A stretch of DNA of 35,624 bases from a virus (lineage: Duplodnaviria; Heunggongvirae; Uroviricota; Caudoviricetes). Position numbers and translations under genes: made by a program. The DNA lies in IMG/VR virus record IMGVR_UViG_2778261544_000009; one strand, given 5' to 3'. The notes beneath the pieces are model-generated. The model worked only from the letters and a program-made list of their open reading frames with translations, was not told the origin of the DNA and made no database searches. Shown here one piece after another: positions 1 through 9,038 of this stretch; within the stretch, counting starts at the first letter, position 1, and each line of letters opens with the position of its first letter.

Positions 1-594
1 TCAACCTGCCTTCGCTTTTAAACTGTGCGAGAGATTACTAGCTTCAATTTCTGCCAAAATCTCTCTAACTCTATCATCAGATAGATTATCTAGAAGTAGT
101 GCCGCTGCTCGTTTTCGCCCTTCTAATTGGATCAACTCTTGGTTCTCAGGTTCCAGTAAGCGCGACAAGTATTTGGCTCCATTTAGTGCCAGGAGTTTGG
201 ACAACCGCTCAGCCTCCGGTGATTCCAGGGCACTCAGAATAGCCAGGAGGCGTTGTTGTGTGATATCGAGTGGTTGGTTCTGGGCGTTGTTATCTGTTTG
301 AGGATGTAACGACTCTGCGTCTACCTTACCAAAAACAAGCCAATCAATACTTACTCCTTCTGCAAAAGCTATCTGGCTAGCTACTTGTAGAGATGGTATC
401 GCATCTTTCTCAAAATAGTTATTAAGTGTAGAGAATGGAAGCCCCCACGCTTTCGCAACAGCTGTTTTAGACCGACCACGCATTAACTTTGCCAGTCGTT
501 CCTTGATGCTTTCTTTTTGAAATGCTGGAAAAGAAAAATCACTTTCTTTTTTATCGTTTTTTTCTTTTCTCTTAACTGTATGATTCATAAGCAT
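1..594 (-). CDS. Putative immunity repressor (c-like), HTH protein
   Basis: 197-aa ORF divergent from ner at the left end of the early region, with a stop codon at window positions 1-3. Called by position; it lacks the LPGxP winged-helix motif seen at the N-terminus of the transposase, so it may not be a Mu-c-type repressor. Confidence 0.55.
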   Translation of the reverse strand: MLMNHTVKRKEKNDKKESDFSFPAFQKESIKERLAKLMRGRSKTAVAKAWGLPFSTLNNYFEKDAIPSLQVASQIAFAEGVSIDWLVFGKVDAESLHPQTDNNAQNQPLDITQQRLLAILSALESPEAERLSKLLALNGAKYLSRLLEPENQELIQLEGRKRAAALLLDNLSDDRVREILAEIEASNLSHSLKAKAG

Positions 595-728
595 TTATCC
601 TTGTGTAGATAAAAATCACCAAAGAAAGAGATTGAAGCTCTTTACTTTTCTTTTGTAGTGATCAAATATTTATCTGTAGAGATTATCCGGCGGTGTTATC
701 CGCGCAGATAACTTTTAAGGATAAACGA
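595..728. promoter_or_regulatory. Divergent early promoter/operator region between repressor and ner
   Basis: 134-bp AT-rich gap between divergent genes. It holds repeated TTATC/GATAA half-sites and a 6-bp inverted repeat GTTATC-N6-GATAAC at 695-712, just upstream of the ner RBS. Confidence 0.5.
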
Positions 729-965
729 ATGATGTCTATAAATGAAGTTGTAAAACAGGACTGGCACCCGGCACATGTTGTCGCTGCGGTGCATGTGAAA
801 GGCTTTACTTTGCGTTCGCTATCAGTTGAAGCAGGTTTAAACAAGGATTCTTTAAAGAATGCCTTGTACCGCAAATGCCCTAAGTATGAGCGCATTATTG
901 CTGATGCTATCGGTGTGGCTCCGGAGGAGATCTGGCCCAGCCGCTACGTTCGTAAGGTGGCGTAA
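729..965 (+). CDS. ner: Ner-like DNA-binding early regulator
   Basis: Small ORF directly upstream of the transposase; motif ...IIADAIGVAPEEIWPSRY... matches the Ner family C-terminus. Start chosen at the ATG at 729, preceded by AAGGA. Confidence 0.75.
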   Translation: MMSINEVVKQDWHPAHVVAAVHVKGFTLRSLSVEAGLNKDSLKNALYRKCPKYERIIADAIGVAPEEIWPSRYVRKVA

Positions 966-967
966 AA

Positions 968-3055
968 ATGTTTGTGTCTGTCAACGAACTCGTGGGGCTG
1001 CCTGGTATGCCGGGAAGTGCGCAAGGTGTGAGGTACACTATAAAAAAATTGGCCTCATCAGAGCATTTTCGACGCAAACGAGCAGGTACAAAAGCCATTG
1101 AGTACCACATTGATTGTCTGCCGGAAGCGACTCAAAAGGCGCTGCGTGAACGTTATGTGGAACAACTGGTAGCTACGGAGCACAACGTTTCCGAAGTTCA
1201 GGTCGTTACCAGGAAGGCGCGCAATCCTGATGCTGTCCAGGCAATCGAAGCATATCGCGGTTCGCCACAACTGATGGAAGAACGCCTGAATGCACTGACC
1301 GAAAATCAGCGTCGGGTATCTGAAGCAAGGGCTGCGCTGGTGGTGGAAGTGCTGAAGCTGGAAAGCGACGGTAATCTCGGGCGGCTGAAAGCCATTAACT
1401 ATCTTGTCGAAAAAGCCCGTAAAGGTGAACTACCGGAACGCCTGCAACAGGCCGCAGTTAACGCCAATGCAAAACGTGGCGCTAATCGCACCATCAGTCG
1501 TGACCCGCTTTATCAGTGGGTGCTGAAGTACAACCAGTCACTGAACGCCGCAGAACGGCTGCTGTTACTGGCACCAGGAAAACGCGACGAAATAAAACCG
1601 GAACAAATTAGCTGGCTACCTGAGTTTCTGGCGCAGTATCGCCAGGTGAATGGCAGACCTATGTCTGAAGCCTACGAGGATTTTGTCGCAGAATGGCAGC
1701 GTCGCCATGCGGACGAACCGTACATGCTGGAGGTGATGCCTTCTTACGATGTGGTTCGTTATGCCATGAAGAAATTGCCGGAAGTGGTGAAACAAAAAGG
1801 ACGCGTTACCGGCAGTGAATACCGTCAGCTTGAAGGATTCACCCGTCGCGACTGGACAGCTATGCCGGTGAATTATGTGTGGATTGGTGACGGTCACGGT
1901 ATGAAGCTGAAATGTGCGCATCCGATCCACGGGCGTCCATTCTCACCGGAAGTCACATTTGTGATCGACGGTGGAACACGGTTTGTTGTTGGCTGGAGTC
2001 TTGACCTTGCCGAGAACGTGTTCGCCGTTGCCGGTGCGATACAGCACGGCATTCGCAACCACGGAAAACCGTTTCTGTATTACTCGGATAATGGTTCTGG
2101 TGAAACGGCTGACATGCTGGACAAAGAGGTCGTAGGTATTCTGCCCCGCCTGGGGATTAAACACCCTACCGGTATTGCCGGTAATCCACAGGGGCGCGGC
2201 ATTATTGAACGCCTGAACCGGACACTGCCGATGCGTATAGCCAGGAGGTATCGCACCTATTTTGGCAAGGGTGCTGACCGGGAGTCGTTGCGTGTACTTA
2301 ACCGTGATCTGCGTTCAGCGTTTAACGCCATGCAACAGGACAAGCCTCTGAACGACCGCCAGAAAGCTGCAATGCGCGAGCTACCATCGTGGGCAGAGCT
2401 TATTGAGGCTATTCGTGAAGGCGTGGAATGGTACAACAACCGCCCGCATTCTGAGCTGCCGATGAAACCGAACGGGCGGCATTACAGCCCGGCAGAGTTC
2501 AGAAAAAAACGCCTGGCAGAAGAAGACACCGAAATTGAGTGGCTGAGTGATCTTGAGCTGCGTGACATGTTCCGCCCGATGGTGGAACGCCCGGTAAGAC
2601 GGTGCGAAATTCAGTGGCTGAACAATATTTACTACGCGCCGGAGTTGCGTGACGAACACGGTCGCAAAGTGCTTATCAGTTATGACATTCATGACGCCGA
2701 GCGAATTACGGTACGTCGCAAGGACGGTAGCTTTATCTGTGAGGCGATATGGAACGGCAATAAACGCGCAGCCTTTGCTGTCAGTGCTGAATATCACAAA
2801 CAACAGCAGCGTATTAAAGGAATGCGCAAACGTGCTGAGGAAAAAATTCGTGATGCTGAGGATGAAGGCATTCAGATTCTGGAGCACAAACAGACTGAAC
2901 CCTGGCTGGATAATGTTTATCGCCCGGTTGGTAATACGGTAACCATCCAGCAACAGGATTATGAGGAGGATTACGACGAAGATTATGAACGCGATTTCAG
3001 GCTGGGTTTGCAGAAACTTGCAGCCATACAGGAACAGGATGATCCGCTGGCCTGA
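968..3055 (+). CDS. A: DDE transposase A (MuA-like)
   Basis: 695 aa; N-terminal ELVGLPGMPGSAQGV winged-helix-like motif, central VWIGDGHG catalytic block, acidic C-terminus. Followed immediately by the B ATPase. Confidence 0.93.
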   Translation: MFVSVNELVGLPGMPGSAQGVRYTIKKLASSEHFRRKRAGTKAIEYHIDCLPEATQKALRERYVEQLVATEHNVSEVQVVTRKARNPDAVQAIEAYRGSPQLMEERLNALTENQRRVSEARAALVVEVLKLESDGNLGRLKAINYLVEKARKGELPERLQQAAVNANAKRGANRTISRDPLYQWVLKYNQSLNAAERLLLLAPGKRDEIKPEQISWLPEFLAQYRQVNGRPMSEAYEDFVAEWQRRHADEPYMLEVMPSYDVVRYAMKKLPEVVKQKGRVTGSEYRQLEGFTRRDWTAMPVNYVWIGDGHGMKLKCAHPIHGRPFSPEVTFVIDGGTRFVVGWSLDLAENVFAVAGAIQHGIRNHGKPFLYYSDNGSGETADMLDKEVVGILPRLGIKHPTGIAGNPQGRGIIERLNRTLPMRIARRYRTYFGKGADRESLRVLNRDLRSAFNAMQQDKPLNDRQKAAMRELPSWAELIEAIREGVEWYNNRPHSELPMKPNGRHYSPAEFRKKRLAEEDTEIEWLSDLELRDMFRPMVERPVRRCEIQWLNNIYYAPELRDEHGRKVLISYDIHDAERITVRRKDGSFICEAIWNGNKRAAFAVSAEYHKQQQRIKGMRKRAEEKIRDAEDEGIQILEHKQTEPWLDNVYRPVGNTVTIQQQDYEEDYDEDYERDFRLGLQKLAAIQEQDDPLA

Positions 3056-3129
3056 ATAAAAAAACAGTCCGCGGGAACGGACTGTTAAACAGGGAAGCAA
3101 AGTTAATTTTAAATAACCGAGGAAATAAT

Positions 3130-4062
3130 ATGACCGATATTAATGATGTTTTCAATACGATTAATGCGCTGATTTCCGACGGCGTAAAAACTCAGGGTGT
3201 TATTGCTAAAGAAGCGGGCGTGTCAGAGGCCACGCTATCGGAACTTCGCAAAGGTCGTTACAAAGGCGATACCGAAGGGATGCATGACAAATTACAGATG
3301 TGGCATCAGGACTGGCTGAAAAGCCAGGAATTGCCAGGCGCGCCGCAACTTGTGGAAACACAAACCCTCCGTGATTTGCGCGAGCTGTTTCAGACCGTGC
3401 GTGTTATGGGATGTATCAGCGTTCTGGTTGGTGTGCCGGGTGTTGGTAAAACCGTTGCGGCCCGCGAATACAGTAACCGTGTATCTAATACCTGGATGGT
3501 GACCCTTTCCCCTGCACACTCAACAGTGACCGAGTGTCTGCTGGAACTGGCAGACGCACTGGGAATTGATAACCCGCAAAGGAGTAAAGGCGCGCTGACC
3601 CGTGCCATTCGCAAAAAACTGAACGGCACACGCGGTCTGGTGATTGTGGATGAAGCTGACCATCTGAGCATGGACGGGCTGGAGCAGTTGCGCGCCATTC
3701 AGGATGCAACAGGCGTCGGGATGGTATTGATTGGTAACCCAAGCCAGTTAGCCAAAGCCACACACCGGGGAACGGATGACCTTGCGCGTTTGTTCAGCCG
3801 TTTCGCCAGAACAAAACAACTGCGTAAAGCCAAAAAGGCTGATGTGGTGGCAATTGCGAAAGCCTGGGGCATTGAGGGTGAAGATGAATTATCACTCATG
3901 CAGAGCATAGCGGAAAAACCAGGTGCATTACGTGTATTAACTCATACGTTGAATCAGGCATGGCTGGCAGCCAGCGGGAAAGGTGTTCCGTTATCCAAAG
4001 GCTACATTAAAGCGGCTTTTAAAGAGGTTTACAGCAACCCGAAGTTACTGAACTGGTGGTAA
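3130..4062 (+). CDS. B: Transposition ATPase B (MuB-like AAA+)
   Basis: 310 aa with Walker A GVPGVGKT and Walker B VIVDEADHL; sits directly after the transposase. Confidence 0.9.
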   Translation: MTDINDVFNTINALISDGVKTQGVIAKEAGVSEATLSELRKGRYKGDTEGMHDKLQMWHQDWLKSQELPGAPQLVETQTLRDLRELFQTVRVMGCISVLVGVPGVGKTVAAREYSNRVSNTWMVTLSPAHSTVTECLLELADALGIDNPQRSKGALTRAIRKKLNGTRGLVIVDEADHLSMDGLEQLRAIQDATGVGMVLIGNPSQLAKATHRGTDDLARLFSRFARTKQLRKAKKADVVAIAKAWGIEGEDELSLMQSIAEKPGALRVLTHTLNQAWLAASGKGVPLSKGYIKAAFKEVYSNPKLLNWW

Positions 4063-4074
4063 GGGGCATAAATC

Positions 4075-4302
4075 ATGATGTCACGGAATATCAAAATGGC
4101 GACGGAAGTAAAGACCTGGTTACAGGAGCGCGGCAGCCACGTCAACGAATCCTGGCTGGGCGTGGCCCGCCCGGTGCTTGAAATAACCTGCCCGCCACCG
4201 GAGCTGGTCAGGAACGCCATCAGGATTATGGAGCATAAATCAGGGGTTGCCCGTTCAGTATGGACGGCCCGTCTTAATGGTTGTCAGATTATCTGGCGTT
4301 AA
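4075..4302 (+). CDS. Small early protein, kil-position homolog
   Basis: 75-aa ORF immediately after B; assigned by position only. Confidence 0.4.
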   Translation: MMSRNIKMATEVKTWLQERGSHVNESWLGVARPVLEITCPPPELVRNAIRIMEHKSGVARSVWTARLNGCQIIWR

Positions 4303-4334
4303 TAACGGCTTATTTATTTGTGAGGAATAACAAA

Positions 4335-4598
4335 ATGGCAAAAGTCATTATCGAAATCAAAAATGTGACATCTGAAGTTAAAGGGCAGCATTTACGCACC
4401 AATGTTAACGTGGACCACAGCGCAGAACTGGATGGTGATGAATACACGCTTGCTGGTGCGATAGCGTTACTGGTTCTGGAAAAAAGCCGGGATATCGTTC
4501 GCGAGTCAGCCTATGAGGCCATTGAAATACTGAAAAATGATGGCGTCATTTCGGGTGGCAGTGTCACAGAAGCGACAGTTGAAGGAACACGTCACTGA
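4335..4598 (+). CDS. Hypothetical early protein
   Basis: ORF with strong RBS GAGGA upstream of the ATG at 4335; the longer track ORF begins at 4281. Confidence 0.5.
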   Translation: MAKVIIEIKNVTSEVKGQHLRTNVNVDHSAELDGDEYTLAGAIALLVLEKSRDIVRESAYEAIEILKNDGVISGGSVTEATVEGTRH

Positions 4599-4612
4599 AA
4601 GGAACGCTGACA

Positions 4613-5032
4613 ATGAACGCCAAAATCAGAAACGAAATTCAGGCATTAATTCGAATTAAAATGCGTAATAACAATCCAGGAGAATTACGCGAATTTATTT
4701 TCACCCGCAAAGTTTATGAGCATGGTGAAACTACTTATCTGATTACATTTGACCATTACAGCATTTGTGCGCGTTATTGTGGCGAAAACATCTCTAATGC
4801 CATCACGTTTGGCGGTGCGTTTAACGAGGATTTATGGGAATACGTCATGGACCGCGAATACATCAGCGCGTCAGACCCGGACGCACGGGAGCAGTGGCAG
4901 AACATCTGGCGCGATTACCGGCAAATGGCGAAAGGCTGGACGCAGGGGACGTATTCTTCCCTTGCCCTGAAAGCAGTTCAGTTATCGCTGCGGCATATTC
5001 CGGCATCACTGCGCGAACCCCTGTTGTACTGA
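4613..5032 (+). CDS. Hypothetical early protein (139 aa)
   Basis: ORF in the co-directional early operon with an AAGGA RBS. Confidence 0.55.
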   Translation: MNAKIRNEIQALIRIKMRNNNPGELREFIFTRKVYEHGETTYLITFDHYSICARYCGENISNAITFGGAFNEDLWEYVMDREYISASDPDAREQWQNIWRDYRQMAKGWTQGTYSSLALKAVQLSLRHIPASLREPLLY

Positions 5033-5332
5033 GTGGTGACCGGAATGATGTGTAATCGTAAACGCTGGTCACGCGAAGACCGGGAATTTATCGAAGCCAG
5101 TGTCGGAAAAATGACCGTTGAAGAAATGGCGAAAAAACTGAAAGTTGCCACAACCGCCCTCCGGGCACATGCCAGAAGGCACGGAATATCGTTGTGTGCA
5201 TACCGAATCAGTGAGCACGACAAATATTTGTGTCGTGAACTTTATAAAGAAGGGCTGGCTATTCATGTCATTGCCCAAAAGATGGAATTAAGCAATCGTG
5301 CTGTATCCAGCATTGTATACAGCGAATATTAA
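5033..5332 (+). CDS. Hypothetical early protein with HTH-like segments
   Basis: 99-aa ORF starting at a GTG (first ATG at 5045); contains two helix-turn-helix-like stretches. Confidence 0.45.
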   Translation: MVTGMMCNRKRWSREDREFIEASVGKMTVEEMAKKLKVATTALRAHARRHGISLCAYRISEHDKYLCRELYKEGLAIHVIAQKMELSNRAVSSIVYSEY

Positions 5333-5351
5333 TTAACAGGAGCTTTATTAT

Positions 5352-5876
5352 ATGGCTAAACCAGCAAAACGAATCAAGAGTGCCGCAGCAGCTTATGTTC
5401 CTCAATCCCGCGATGCCGTGGTGTGTGATATTCGCCGGATTGGTGACCTGCAACGCGAAGCGGCACGACTTGAAACGGAAATGAATGACGCTATCGCTGA
5501 GATTACAGAGAAATACGCCTCACAGATTGCGCCCCTTAAAACCAGTATTGAAACCCTTTCAAAAGGCGTTCAGGGATGGTGTGAAGCGAACCGCGACGAA
5601 CTGACGAACGGCGGCAAGGTGAAGACGGCAAACCTGGTAACCGGCGATGTGTCATGGCGTCAGCGCCCACCATCGGTAAGTATTCGCGGTGTGGATGCGG
5701 TGATGGAAACGCTGGAGCGTCTTGGCCTGCAACGCTTTATTCGCACGAAACAGGAAATCAACAAGGAAGCGATTTTACTGGAACCGAAAGCGGTCGCAGG
5801 TGTTGCCGGAATTACAGTTAAATCGGGAATTGAAGATTTTTCTATTATTCCGTTTGAACAGGAAGCCGGTATTTAA
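5352..5876 (+). CDS. gam: Host-nuclease inhibitor Gam
   Basis: 174 aa starting MAKPAKRIKSAAAAYVPQ... and ending ...FSIIPFEQEAGI, which matches my recollection of Mu Gam. Confidence 0.85.
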   Translation: MAKPAKRIKSAAAAYVPQSRDAVVCDIRRIGDLQREAARLETEMNDAIAEITEKYASQIAPLKTSIETLSKGVQGWCEANRDELTNGGKVKTANLVTGDVSWRQRPPSVSIRGVDAVMETLERLGLQRFIRTKQEINKEAILLEPKAVAGVAGITVKSGIEDFSIIPFEQEAGI

Positions 5877-5916
5877 TACCACCACGAATATTTAATTAAT
5901 TCACTTTCTTTTAATT

Positions 5917-6201
5917 ATGGCGCGATGCGTCAGGGGATTGCTCGCGCCTGAATCTGAAATGGTGATGTTTATGACCACAAAGAGTGAACGACAAAAAACA
6001 GAAATAACAGCAGCAACGCTGATTAAAGACAGCGTCGAATGTCTGGCATCAGTACCTGCATTGATTCAACAGGCGAATGCAAAAAATCTCCGTCGCGCAG
6101 CTTCGTTTATTCGTGCAGGCATTACCCGCCAGATGATGATTGCGCAGCTGTGTATGCGCGAAGCACAGCGTCTGGAACAGATGGAGACGAGTGGTGATTA
6201 A
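5917..6201 (+). CDS. Hypothetical early protein
   Basis: 94-aa ORF; the true start may be one of the internal ATGs. Confidence 0.45.
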   Translation: MARCVRGLLAPESEMVMFMTTKSERQKTEITAATLIKDSVECLASVPALIQQANAKNLRRAASFIRAGITRQMMIAQLCMREAQRLEQMETSGD

Positions 6202-6376
6202 GTCAATTGGCTTTGTCCTGCTGGTTGGCACCTGTGGGAATGATGCCTGTGATGCTATCCCGGTAACAGAAAAAATCTGGCCCACCGAGCAGGCATGTAT
6301 GCAGGTGATGGAGCGCATACAAAAACATTATCCCAATGAAATCTTTTATTGCGAGGAGGTATTAAGAAATGAATAA
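6191..6376 (+). CDS. Small Cys-rich putative secreted protein or lipoprotein
   Basis: GGAG RBS followed by a GTG start at 6191; hydrophobic N-terminus IGFVLLVGTC followed by a Cys-rich stretch. The lipobox match is imperfect. Confidence 0.35.
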   Translation: MVIKSIGFVLLVGTCGNDACDAIPVTEKIWPTEQACMQVMERIQKHYPNEIFYCEEVLRNE

Positions 6377-6758
6377 CGCAGAGAAAAATGAAATTAAATC
6401 CACATCCGCCAGCACCAGAAAACATCTTTATGATTTTTATGTCGCTTATAACCAGTGGTTAAAAAACGGAGCGCAAGAAACGGAAGGGGAAGGGTTTATT
6501 CGGGGAGTCGGATTATGCGCCAATGTTTATGACTATTTTGAATCAATCGGAGCAGACAGCGAGGCTGCGCTAGAACAATTACATGCGGATTTTGTCGCGA
6601 GTGGGCTGGATGAATCCCTGCCATTTAATGTAGATAACGTGCACTACCATGATGAATGCCTGCATGACAGATGCCACCTGAATTCTGCTCGTGTGGCATG
6701 GGTCGAAAAACACTGCATTAAGGAGATGGGGCAAAATGAGTCGCACATCCCTGATTAA
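6369..6758 (+). CDS. Hypothetical early protein (129 aa)
   Basis: Excellent RBS GAGGAGG 9 nt upstream of the ATG. Confidence 0.6.
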   Translation: MNNAEKNEIKSTSASTRKHLYDFYVAYNQWLKNGAQETEGEGFIRGVGLCANVYDYFESIGADSEAALEQLHADFVASGLDESLPFNVDNVHYHDECLHDRCHLNSARVAWVEKHCIKEMGQNESHIPD

Positions 6759-7287
6759 ATTAATTCATGTTGCCCGCCGGGAGTTGCACCTCGACGATGA
6801 CACTTACCGCGCCTTTCTGGTGCAGTGCACGGGCAAAACCAGTTGCCGCGAGCTGTCCGTTGCACAACTGGAACAAGTGCTCGATGCCATGAAAGAGCGC
6901 GGTTTTAAAAAGCAGAAAAAACATCCCCGCCGTCGCTTTAAGGGGCATGTCACACCGCGCGAGAAGATTTATAAAATCTGGCAGCAGATGTTTCTTGATG
7001 GTTTCGTCTCCGATATCAGCGACGCCGCGCTGGACAAATACGTTGAGCGCCTGACAGCCAGACGTAATGGCGGACAGGGTGTTTCCACGCTGGCCTGGTG
7101 TCACGGGGAATCGTTGCAGGTTGTGCTCGAAACGCTCAAACAGTGGCATATGCGCTGCATCCGGGAAGCCTTTGCCCGACATGGTGTGCCTTTACCTGTG
7201 AGCGAAACCGGGCGGGAGCTGCGCGGCTATGATGCACTGACCAGTGCATATGCCCGCGCACGAAACAGCGGGAGAATTGCTGTATGA
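6736..7287 (+). CDS. gemA: GemA-like protein (Mu gp16 family)
   Basis: Sequence MSRTSLIKLIHVARRELHLDDDTYRA... is Mu gp16-family-like and the gene sits directly before mor. Start taken at the internal ATG at 6736. Confidence 0.65.
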   Translation: MSRTSLIKLIHVARRELHLDDDTYRAFLVQCTGKTSCRELSVAQLEQVLDAMKERGFKKQKKHPRRRFKGHVTPREKIYKIWQQMFLDGFVSDISDAALDKYVERLTARRNGGQGVSTLAWCHGESLQVVLETLKQWHMRCIREAFARHGVPLPVSETGRELRGYDALTSAYARARNSGRIAV

Positions 7288-7733
7288 AACAGATGAAAGA
7301 GCAGGATTTATTCGAAGACCTTCGGGACGACAGCGTTCTGGAATATCTTCATGATTACCAGGAAAACACCGCTTATCCGGCGTTAATTTCTGAACTGAAC
7401 GCACTGCTGCGTAAAGAGCTGGCCCGGATTGGCGCAGACCCTGCCCATTCCCTTGAGCTGGTTGTGGCGATTTGTCGCCATATCGGCGGGATGCAGGTTT
7501 ATGTTCCGAGGGGGAATATTCTGGAGAATCTTGTCCGGGATATGCGTATCTGGCGTGATTTTAACGGCCATAATATTCCTGAACTGGTTCAGCGTTACGG
7601 AGTGACGTATAAAACCGTCTACAAGGCCATCAAACGGATGCGACGTCTGGAGCGTAACAAATACCAGCCGGATTTGTTTTACCACTCCCCGAACCTGCCT
7701 CACCCCGTTCGTCGTCCGCCACTACGCCCTTAA
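7284..7733 (+). CDS. mor: Mor-family middle/late transcription activator
   Basis: Mor/C-family C-terminal HTH block ...RIWRDFNGHNIPELVQRYGVTYKTVYKAIKRMRRLERNKYQ...; last gene of the early operon. Confidence 0.85.
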   Translation: MKQMKEQDLFEDLRDDSVLEYLHDYQENTAYPALISELNALLRKELARIGADPAHSLELVVAICRHIGGMQVYVPRGNILENLVRDMRIWRDFNGHNIPELVQRYGVTYKTVYKAIKRMRRLERNKYQPDLFYHSPNLPHPVRRPPLRP

Positions 7734-7739
7734 TCAATG

Positions 7740-7763
7740 AAGCCGGTAAATCCGGCTTTTTTT
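7740..7763 (+). terminator. Intrinsic terminator at the end of the early operon
   Basis: Stem AGCCGG / loop TAAAT / CCGGCT followed by seven T, beginning 7 nt after the mor stop codon. Confidence 0.75.
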
Positions 7764-7818
7764 ATGCCTCCGGCACCATGAAGCAGACCACGTTTAAATC
7801 TGCTTCACAGGTGCTTTT

Positions 7819-8415
7819 ATGGAAAATCAAAAATTCTCCCCGGCCTTTGAACATGCGCTGAATTTTATTCTGCGTCCCGATATCGAAGGCGTTTATGTCA
7901 ATGACCCCACTGACCGTGGCGGCGAAACCAAATACGGCATTTCTGACCGCCGCGACGGTGTGATTGACGGCAAAACCGATGTCAACGGCGACGGCAAACC
8001 GGATACCCGCATTAAGGATTTAACCCGCGAACAGGTTGCGCAGATTTACTGGCGCGATTACTGGCTACCTGCCGGATGTGACCAGTGGCCTGATGGCGTG
8101 GCGATGTTTGTGTTCGATGCGGCGGTTCAGCATGGCGTTAAAAAAGCCATCAGAATTTTGCAGGAAGCCGCTGATGTGGATGCTGACGGCATCATCGGCC
8201 CACGTACCCGTAAGGCTGTGAGTCTGTCCACCCCGGACTGGCTGCTGGCCCGCTGCATTGTCCGTCGTTCCCGCTTTTATGCCGACATCATCAAATCAAA
8301 ACCCGCCCAGGGCAAATACCTGAACGGCTGGTTTAACCGCATGGAAAAACTGACCGACGCCTGTCTGGAAATCATCGATACCCCTCTGGGCATCATGTCC
8401 GCCACGCGGGGGTGA
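7819..8415 (+). CDS. Endolysin, GH108-like N-terminal domain with C-terminal peptidoglycan-binding domain
   Basis: N-terminal FILRPDIEGVYVNDPTDRGGETKYGIS resembles the GH108 signature and the C-terminus ...DADGIIGPRTRKAV... is PG-binding-like. No N-terminal hydrophobic SAR segment. Confidence 0.75.
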   Translation: MENQKFSPAFEHALNFILRPDIEGVYVNDPTDRGGETKYGISDRRDGVIDGKTDVNGDGKPDTRIKDLTREQVAQIYWRDYWLPAGCDQWPDGVAMFVFDAAVQHGVKKAIRILQEAADVDADGIIGPRTRKAVSLSTPDWLLARCIVRRSRFYADIIKSKPAQGKYLNGWFNRMEKLTDACLEIIDTPLGIMSATRG

Positions 8416-8416
8416 T

Positions 8417-8644
8417 ATGGGCAAAGGCTGGGATGCCTCACTGAAAGCCGGGCGGCGTGACCGCCTGCGTCAGGAGGTTTTACACCGCATGGCCGGAGGT
8501 CCGCCCCCGAAACCGCTGGACTATACCGGCCATGACGGCACACACGCCAGCTACTACATGCGTGGCTGGAACTCCGTGGATACACGGGACATTTTCTGGC
8601 AGTGCCAGAAGTACAAGGAAAAACTCAATGCACAGAATGAATAG
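8417..8644 (+). CDS. Hypothetical basic hydrophilic protein, lysis-cassette member
   Basis: 75-aa ORF whose ATG lies 2 nt after the endolysin stop codon, suggesting translational coupling. Confidence 0.45.
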   Translation: MGKGWDASLKAGRRDRLRQEVLHRMAGGPPPKPLDYTGHDGTHASYYMRGWNSVDTRDIFWQCQKYKEKLNAQNE

Positions 8645-9038
8645 TCTTTTTGTTCGCGTTATTTACTCCCGCTTTATGTTGTGCCAGTGGTCGTTTCTGG
8701 GGCTGTCGGCAGTACTTTTTCTGGCGAGCTGTTTTGCCGGATGGCGGGCGTTTGCGGTCATGGTGCTGGCATACGGGGCGACACTCTGCCTGATTCACAG
8801 TTTCCAGCTGGGCAACGTACCTTATCGCCTGCAACCCAAAAGGCGTTTCCGGGCCGCCTCCCTTCGAATTGTCGTGTGGTCATGGGTGGTCTGGGCCGTT
8901 GGTTTTTTCATGCTGACATTCGGCATTCTTTATCTGAAGGAGCCTTATCAGCTGGCGTTCTGGCTGGGCGGTATTTTTTGCGCGGCACTTTATAAACATC
9001 AGCGCCGTTTTCATAAGGGGGATTCATGGATCCGTTAA
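8628..9038 (+). CDS. Four-TM membrane protein (holin/antiholin candidate)
   Basis: AAGGA RBS then ATG at 8628; four hydrophobic segments in about 136 aa. Confidence 0.5.
   Translation: MHRMNSLFVRVIYSRFMLCQWSFLGLSAVLFLASCFAGWRAFAVMVLAYGATLCLIHSFQLGNVPYRLQPKRRFRAASLRIVVWSWVVWAVGFFMLTFGILYLKEPYQLAFWLGGIFCAALYKHQRRFHKGDSWIR

Noticed and set aside
6140-6376. Longer 78-aa form of the small Cys-rich ORF starting at the ATG at 6140
   Set aside because: That start lies deep inside the upstream gene with no RBS, while the GTG at 6191 has a GGAG RBS and begins at the hydrophobic leader; the shorter form is preferred but remains low confidence.
7740-7763. The two identical hairpin/T-run elements as terminal repeats of a small inserted element
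   Set aside because: They are 7.7 kb apart in direct orientation, flank core structural genes, and each sits exactly at an operon boundary after a stop codon; terminator and/or promoter function is more parsimonious.
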